Program-made: the position numbers and the translations under genes | Part shown: piece after piece, positions 20,563 through 24,000 of the stretch | Layout of the letters: each line of letters begins with the position of its first letter | Position numbering within the stretch: position 1 is the stretch's first letter | The notes under the pieces: generated by a model | The model's database searches: none | Told to the model about the DNA's origin: nothing | Seen by the model: only the letters and a program-made list of their open reading frames with translations | Assembly: GCA_000169075.1 (NCBI GenBank) | Contig: AAVT01000001.1 | Coordinates: 547,201-571,200 of the forward strand | DNA length: 24,000 nt | DNA from: a marine gamma proteobacterium HTCC2143 | GTDB taxonomy: Bacteria > Pseudomonadota > Gammaproteobacteria > Pseudomonadales > Dasaniaceae | Direction of reading: 5' to 3'

Positions 20563-20769
20563 TTACGCATTGAGATCTGGGATCAACTGCGCTTTGATGT
20601 GCTCGATATTTTGCTTCAAACGTAGCTTTTGCCGTTTCATCCTCTGCAATTTCAGCTGATCAAGATAAGGGAGCTGCTGCAGATTACTAATTTCAGTATC
20701 CAGCATACGATGTTCGGTTTGCAACTGAAAAAGTTGAAAACTGAGCGATGGAATATCGGTATTTTCCAT
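20563..20769 (-). CDS. DUF465 (YdcH-like) small coiled-coil protein
   Basis: The 68-aa ORF has the pattern L..EH..LD.EI..L......D...L.R.K+.KL.LK..I, characteristic of DUF465. No SD is visible upstream. Confidence 0.65.
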   Translation of the reverse strand: MENTDIPSLSFQLFQLQTEHRMLDTEISNLQQLPYLDQLKLQRMKRQKLRLKQNIEHIKAQLIPDLNA

Positions 20770-20872
20770 GTAACGTAAAATAGCCTGTTAGTTGACAAAA
20801 AAACGGACGTTGGTCGTCAGTTAACCATCGACGCGGAGTCACTGAAATTAATAGGAGCTAGCATACTCGTCG

Positions 20873-21970
20873 TCAGGTTATCGTCAATTGGCTGTCAACA
20901 AAGCGCTTAATCGTATATTGGCCAATCTCATCCATCGAAGTAAATTCTAAACTGCACAAAACGCCATCATCGGCATCTTCTGTATTAATAACTCGCGCAT
21001 AAATATCAGTGGTGTCAGCGCCCAGTAACTGCAGCGAAACCTCAATTTTTATCTCGGAAAATGGTACTAAGTCTATCGGGCTGCGCATCAGCAACCCCGC
21101 ATATCCTAAATCAATCACTTCTCCGCGAAATTGGTCCGGCTGAACATGTTTGCCAAGCAAGCGACGAAAGTAACAGGGCATGTTGACATTCACCCGAGGG
21201 CTTTTTCGTATTTCCCGGCGTGGAACAGTGATCGCTCTCGGCCGAGTTGTACCCATCAGATCATACAGATTGACCGGCTCCCGCTTACCTTTGACATGCA
21301 CCTTGTTCGGCTCTCCGACCAAGACAAAAGCCTTCGCCGCGCGATAGGTATTTTCACTGATAAGAATCTGGCCACGGAGGCTTTGCGCTTCAATCCGCGA
21401 CGTCAAGTTAACCTCATCACCAATCACTGTATACTCTCTATGGTGCTCCGAACCGACGGACCCCGCAACGACCTCCCCGGTATTTATCCCAATTCCCATA
21501 AACATCTCAGGCAGACCCAGACCGATATTTTGCTGATTGAATTCAGACATAGCACGCTGCATCTCAACGGCGCAGGCAATTGCGCGCTCAACATCATCTG
21601 TGTCACTATTGGGCGCCCCGAACAACACCATAATAGAGTCACCCATCAATTTATCGATAGTGCCGCCATGCCGGACAATGACATTCGTCATTCGAGAAAA
21701 ATAGCGATTTAACAGTTCCATCACTGTCATCGCTGAAAAAGTTTCAGCAAGGGCCGTAAAGCCGCGAATATCCGACAACAAGATAGTTACGCGCCGAGAT
21801 TCTGGGATCGTGCTGTCAAATTCGTTATCGCTGAGTAGCGTTTCAATGGTGTCAAGCAAGTCAGATCTGGCGTTATCTCTCTCAAGCTCCGCAGGGATAT
21901 AAGCTTGCACTTCGTCACATATCTTACTCGCCAACACTCTTACATTATTGGTGTTTTTTACCATAACCAC
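20873..21970 (-). CDS. Class III adenylate/guanylate cyclase fused to a C-terminal PilZ-like domain
   Basis: The cyclase core spans aa ~59-239 with metal-binding Asp residues (SD67IRGFT, GD111SIMVLFG), substrate Lys107 and Thr181, and Asn188/Arg192 (VNLTSRIE). The C-terminal ~110 aa has R251-R-E-I-R-K-S-P-R259-V and D287-L-G-Y-A-G292, resembling the PilZ RxxxR and (D/N)xSxxG motifs with Ser replaced by Gly. The start is either the GTG at 21970 or the ATG at 21964. Confidence 0.8.
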   Translation of the reverse strand: MVMVKNTNNVRVLASKICDEVQAYIPAELERDNARSDLLDTIETLLSDNEFDSTIPESRRVTILLSDIRGFTALAETFSAMTVMELLNRYFSRMTNVIVRHGGTIDKLMGDSIMVLFGAPNSDTDDVERAIACAVEMQRAMSEFNQQNIGLGLPEMFMGIGINTGEVVAGSVGSEHHREYTVIGDEVNLTSRIEAQSLRGQILISENTYRAAKAFVLVGEPNKVHVKGKREPVNLYDLMGTTRPRAITVPRREIRKSPRVNVNMPCYFRRLLGKHVQPDQFRGEVIDLGYAGLLMRSPIDLVPFSEIKIEVSLQLLGADTTDIYARVINTEDADDGVLCSLEFTSMDEIGQYTIKRFVDSQLTIT

Positions 21971-21972
21971 TT

Positions 21973-22004
21973 GATCACTATCCCCTTAGATCACTATCTT
22001 TTAG
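21973..22004. repeat. Two tandem 16-bp units, each beginning GATCACTATC, abutting the cyclase start codon
   Basis: An exact 10-mer GATCACTATC occurs at 21973-21982 and again at 21989-21998, and the full units match at 13 of 16 positions. Related CACT(A/T)T cores occur at ~22025 and 22035-22040. Each exact copy contains a GATC site. Confidence 0.7.
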
Positions 22005-22128
22005 TACGTTTCGACCCTTCGATATCACTTATAACACTATTAAACAGCGAAGACTAATAACCAAATCCGATCCTAAAAATCGCCATGAAACGAAAGGATT
22101 ATAAACCATAGAAACAACGTCATTCTTT

Positions 22129-22845
22129 CTAATGTAAACAACAGCTTGAAAAATGAATACCGCTCCCGCAGGGGCAAGGCTCATCGTGAGCAACCGGCTC
22201 TAGGGCCAAAAACAATTGCTCGGCGTTGAAGTCCCAGGAGCCATCGGCCCATATACCGCCCATCGTAGCGTAGGTGTTTAATACCTTCGAAAATAGCTCG
22301 TAAGCCTGAGCTAAATGATCACTGCCCAGATCGACTTCGTCGTCAAAGCTTAACTGGCGGGCGCTAGCCGCATCAGCAAATGTAGCGGCAAGATTAAGCG
22401 AGGCATCAATATCGTCAGTCATGGCAATATCATTCACATCATCAATGGTAATCAACCAGACATCTTCTAAATACTGATGTCCCATTAACAAGCCCTCGCA
22501 CCACTCCGCAAGCTCATTTTGCCAACGCTCTGAGTAAATGGAGTCGAACGGTAAAAATCGCCTCTGTTGAGCCCTCTCGGCAATATAGACAGCCAATGAA
22601 ACGACTTGTGAAAAAAAATCGCGAGCCTCAGTTTCATTATCAAACTGAGGCTCGTCATTTAACCAGATCAAATCAAACCACTCTGATGGTTTAATCAGCT
22701 CTGGTGAGCAAGCAACAGCAAACAGGAAGCCTTGCAACTGATGAAAGCTGATCACGGCTTCGTGACCTTGCAATTGCTCCAGCGTCTCGCGCAGTGATTT
22801 CTCCTGTTGCTTATTAAATGTCATGGGAACTAACGATGCCTGCAC
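22129..22845 (-). CDS. YecA-family protein (UPF0149 domain plus C-terminal SEC-C metal-binding motif)
   Basis: The C-terminus CPCGSGIHFSSCC is a SecA-type metal-binding motif, and the N-terminal helical region resembles UPF0149/YgfB-YecA. The start is uncertain: GTG at 22845 or ATG at 22824. Confidence 0.7.
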   Translation of the reverse strand: MQASLVPMTFNKQQEKSLRETLEQLQGHEAVISFHQLQGFLFAVACSPELIKPSEWFDLIWLNDEPQFDNETEARDFFSQVVSLAVYIAERAQQRRFLPFDSIYSERWQNELAEWCEGLLMGHQYLEDVWLITIDDVNDIAMTDDIDASLNLAATFADAASARQLSFDDEVDLGSDHLAQAYELFSKVLNTYATMGGIWADGSWDFNAEQLFLALEPVAHDEPCPCGSGIHFSSCCLH

Positions 22846-22904
22846 TTATGTATAAAATTGGATAAACATAGACAGTAGCCATGATGACTGTCTTTTTTAA
22901 CTCA

Positions 22905-23537
22905 CTAAGAAGCGTTGAGTAATCCCGGATTATCACCGAGGAAGTTTTCAACCGTGTCCACAATAGCCTGTGTTTGCCGATCTATCTCGAAGTTTACTCG
23001 ATCGCCGATCCTCTTAGTACCATGCGTTGTCACGCGTAAGGTTTCAGGGATATAACAGACAGTAAAGGCGTTTTCAGACTTGTTAACATCGGCTATCGTC
23101 AAACTGCATCCATTTAAGCCTACAAAACCCTTTGGAAAGATATATTTCATTTTTTCAGCGGCCACCCGATAGCTGATAAAACAATTATTCTCTGGCTGGT
23201 CAATGGCAATAACTTCTGCACAACCATCAACATGGCCGGATACGATATGACCACCTACCTCCGCACCCTGTTTAGCAGAGCGCTCAAGATTCACAACATC
23301 CTCGGCATTAAGCTCTCCTATTGTTGTCAGCGACAAAGTTTGTTGCATAACATCAAAATTCACACAACTCCCCTCAATAGTAGCGACAGTCAGGCATACT
23401 CCATCAACACTGACGCTGGCGCCGATGGCCAGACCTTCCACTAACGCCGCCGGTAAATCAAAACGTAGCGTATTTAGTCCCGGCTTACGCTCTACCGATA
23501 AAATTGGAAAAGAACCCTGTACAATACCTGTAAACAT
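22905..23537 (-). CDS. ribE: Riboflavin synthase (alpha chain; RibE, also called RibC)
   Basis: The protein starts MFTGIVQG and contains two lumazine-binding repeats (GASVSVDGVCLTV / GFVGLNGCSLTI). The track's TTG at 23549 adds 4 residues. Confidence 0.93.
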   Translation of the reverse strand: MFTGIVQGSFPILSVERKPGLNTLRFDLPAALVEGLAIGASVSVDGVCLTVATIEGSCVNFDVMQQTLSLTTIGELNAEDVVNLERSAKQGAEVGGHIVSGHVDGCAEVIAIDQPENNCFISYRVAAEKMKYIFPKGFVGLNGCSLTIADVNKSENAFTVCYIPETLRVTTHGTKRIGDRVNFEIDRQTQAIVDTVENFLGDNPGLLNAS

Positions 23538-23661
23538 AAAATGACCCAACTAAACTACAAACTCGATAACTTTGAAGCGCTATAGTAATGCAATAGAATC
23601 AAGCCGCATAGGCTAACCCTGCGATCGATCAACTTAAATCACCACAACAAAGGGCAAAACG

Positions 23662-24000
23662 ATGGATGAAGAAATTCAACAAATAACCGCAATCTATCAC
23701 ATGATAGTAGAGTTTTTTGTCACTTACAGTTTTCAGTTAGTAGGCGCAGTTCTGATTATCATTATTGGATTTTGGTTGGGCGGAAAAGTTGCCAACTTGA
23801 TTCATAGCATCTGCCAACGTCACTCATTGGATGTCACACTCAGCACATTTTTGGCCAACACAGCCAAAATTCTTGTCATAGCGATAATGTCGGTCATTGC
23901 CATGGGGAAAATTGGTATCAGCATCGGCCCATTTGTCGCTGCTCTTGGCGCGGTATCGCTGGGAGCTGGTCTCGCCCTCCAAAGCCCTCTATCAAATTAC
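23662..24000 (+). CDS. Small-conductance mechanosensitive channel (MscS family), 5' partial
   Basis: An ATG at 23662 opens a frame that runs to the window end (113 codons). It encodes three hydrophobic helices, the last with the Gly/Ala-rich pore-helix pattern AALGAVSLGAGLALQ typical of MscS TM3. Confidence 0.75.
   Translation, partial: MDEEIQQITAIYHMIVEFFVTYSFQLVGAVLIIIIGFWLGGKVANLIHSICQRHSLDVTLSTFLANTAKILVIAIMSVIAMGKIGISIGPFVAALGAVSLGAGLALQSPLSNY

Noticed and set aside
23538-23661. Possible FMN riboswitch upstream of riboflavin synthase
   Set aside because: The spacer is only ~124 nt and shared with the divergent mscS promoter. It lacks the conserved FMN-element cores I recall (AGGGTGAAATTCCC...CCGACGGT).

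Overview
This window reads as conserved chromosomal backbone of a gammaproteobacterium. Gene order matches what I recall from Pseudomonas-type genomes: pilMNOP(Q) divergent from PBP1A, and ubiE-ubiJ-ubiB-hisI-hisE-tatABC. Coding density is high and nearly every long ORF has a recognisable housekeeping identity: type IV pilus alignment complex, PBP1A, RadA, ubiquinone accessory genes, histidine genes, Tat translocon, RNase II, AsnRS, NUDIX, riboflavin synthase and MscS. By eye I found no tRNA/rRNA genes, CRISPR arrays, IS elements, integrases or recognisable defence genes, though I could not run a covariance or repeat search. Three places stand out. (1) A translationally coupled gene pair lies between radA and ubiE. 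The first protein has a winged-helix-like N-terminus followed by three tandem DnaT-C-terminal-like repeats, and the second is a phage lambda P-like protein. This looks like a domesticated replication-initiator/helicase-loader or replication-restart module, and a near-consensus LexA (SOS) box sits in the intergenic region it shares with radA. (2) A class III nucleotidyl cyclase is fused to a C-terminal PilZ-like domain, preceded by short tandem direct repeats and followed by DUF465 and SYLF-lipoprotein genes. (3) An orphan acidic 99-aa protein and a 363-bp non-coding gap flank rnb. Family assignments come from motif recognition and hand alignment against remembered sequences, not from database searches.
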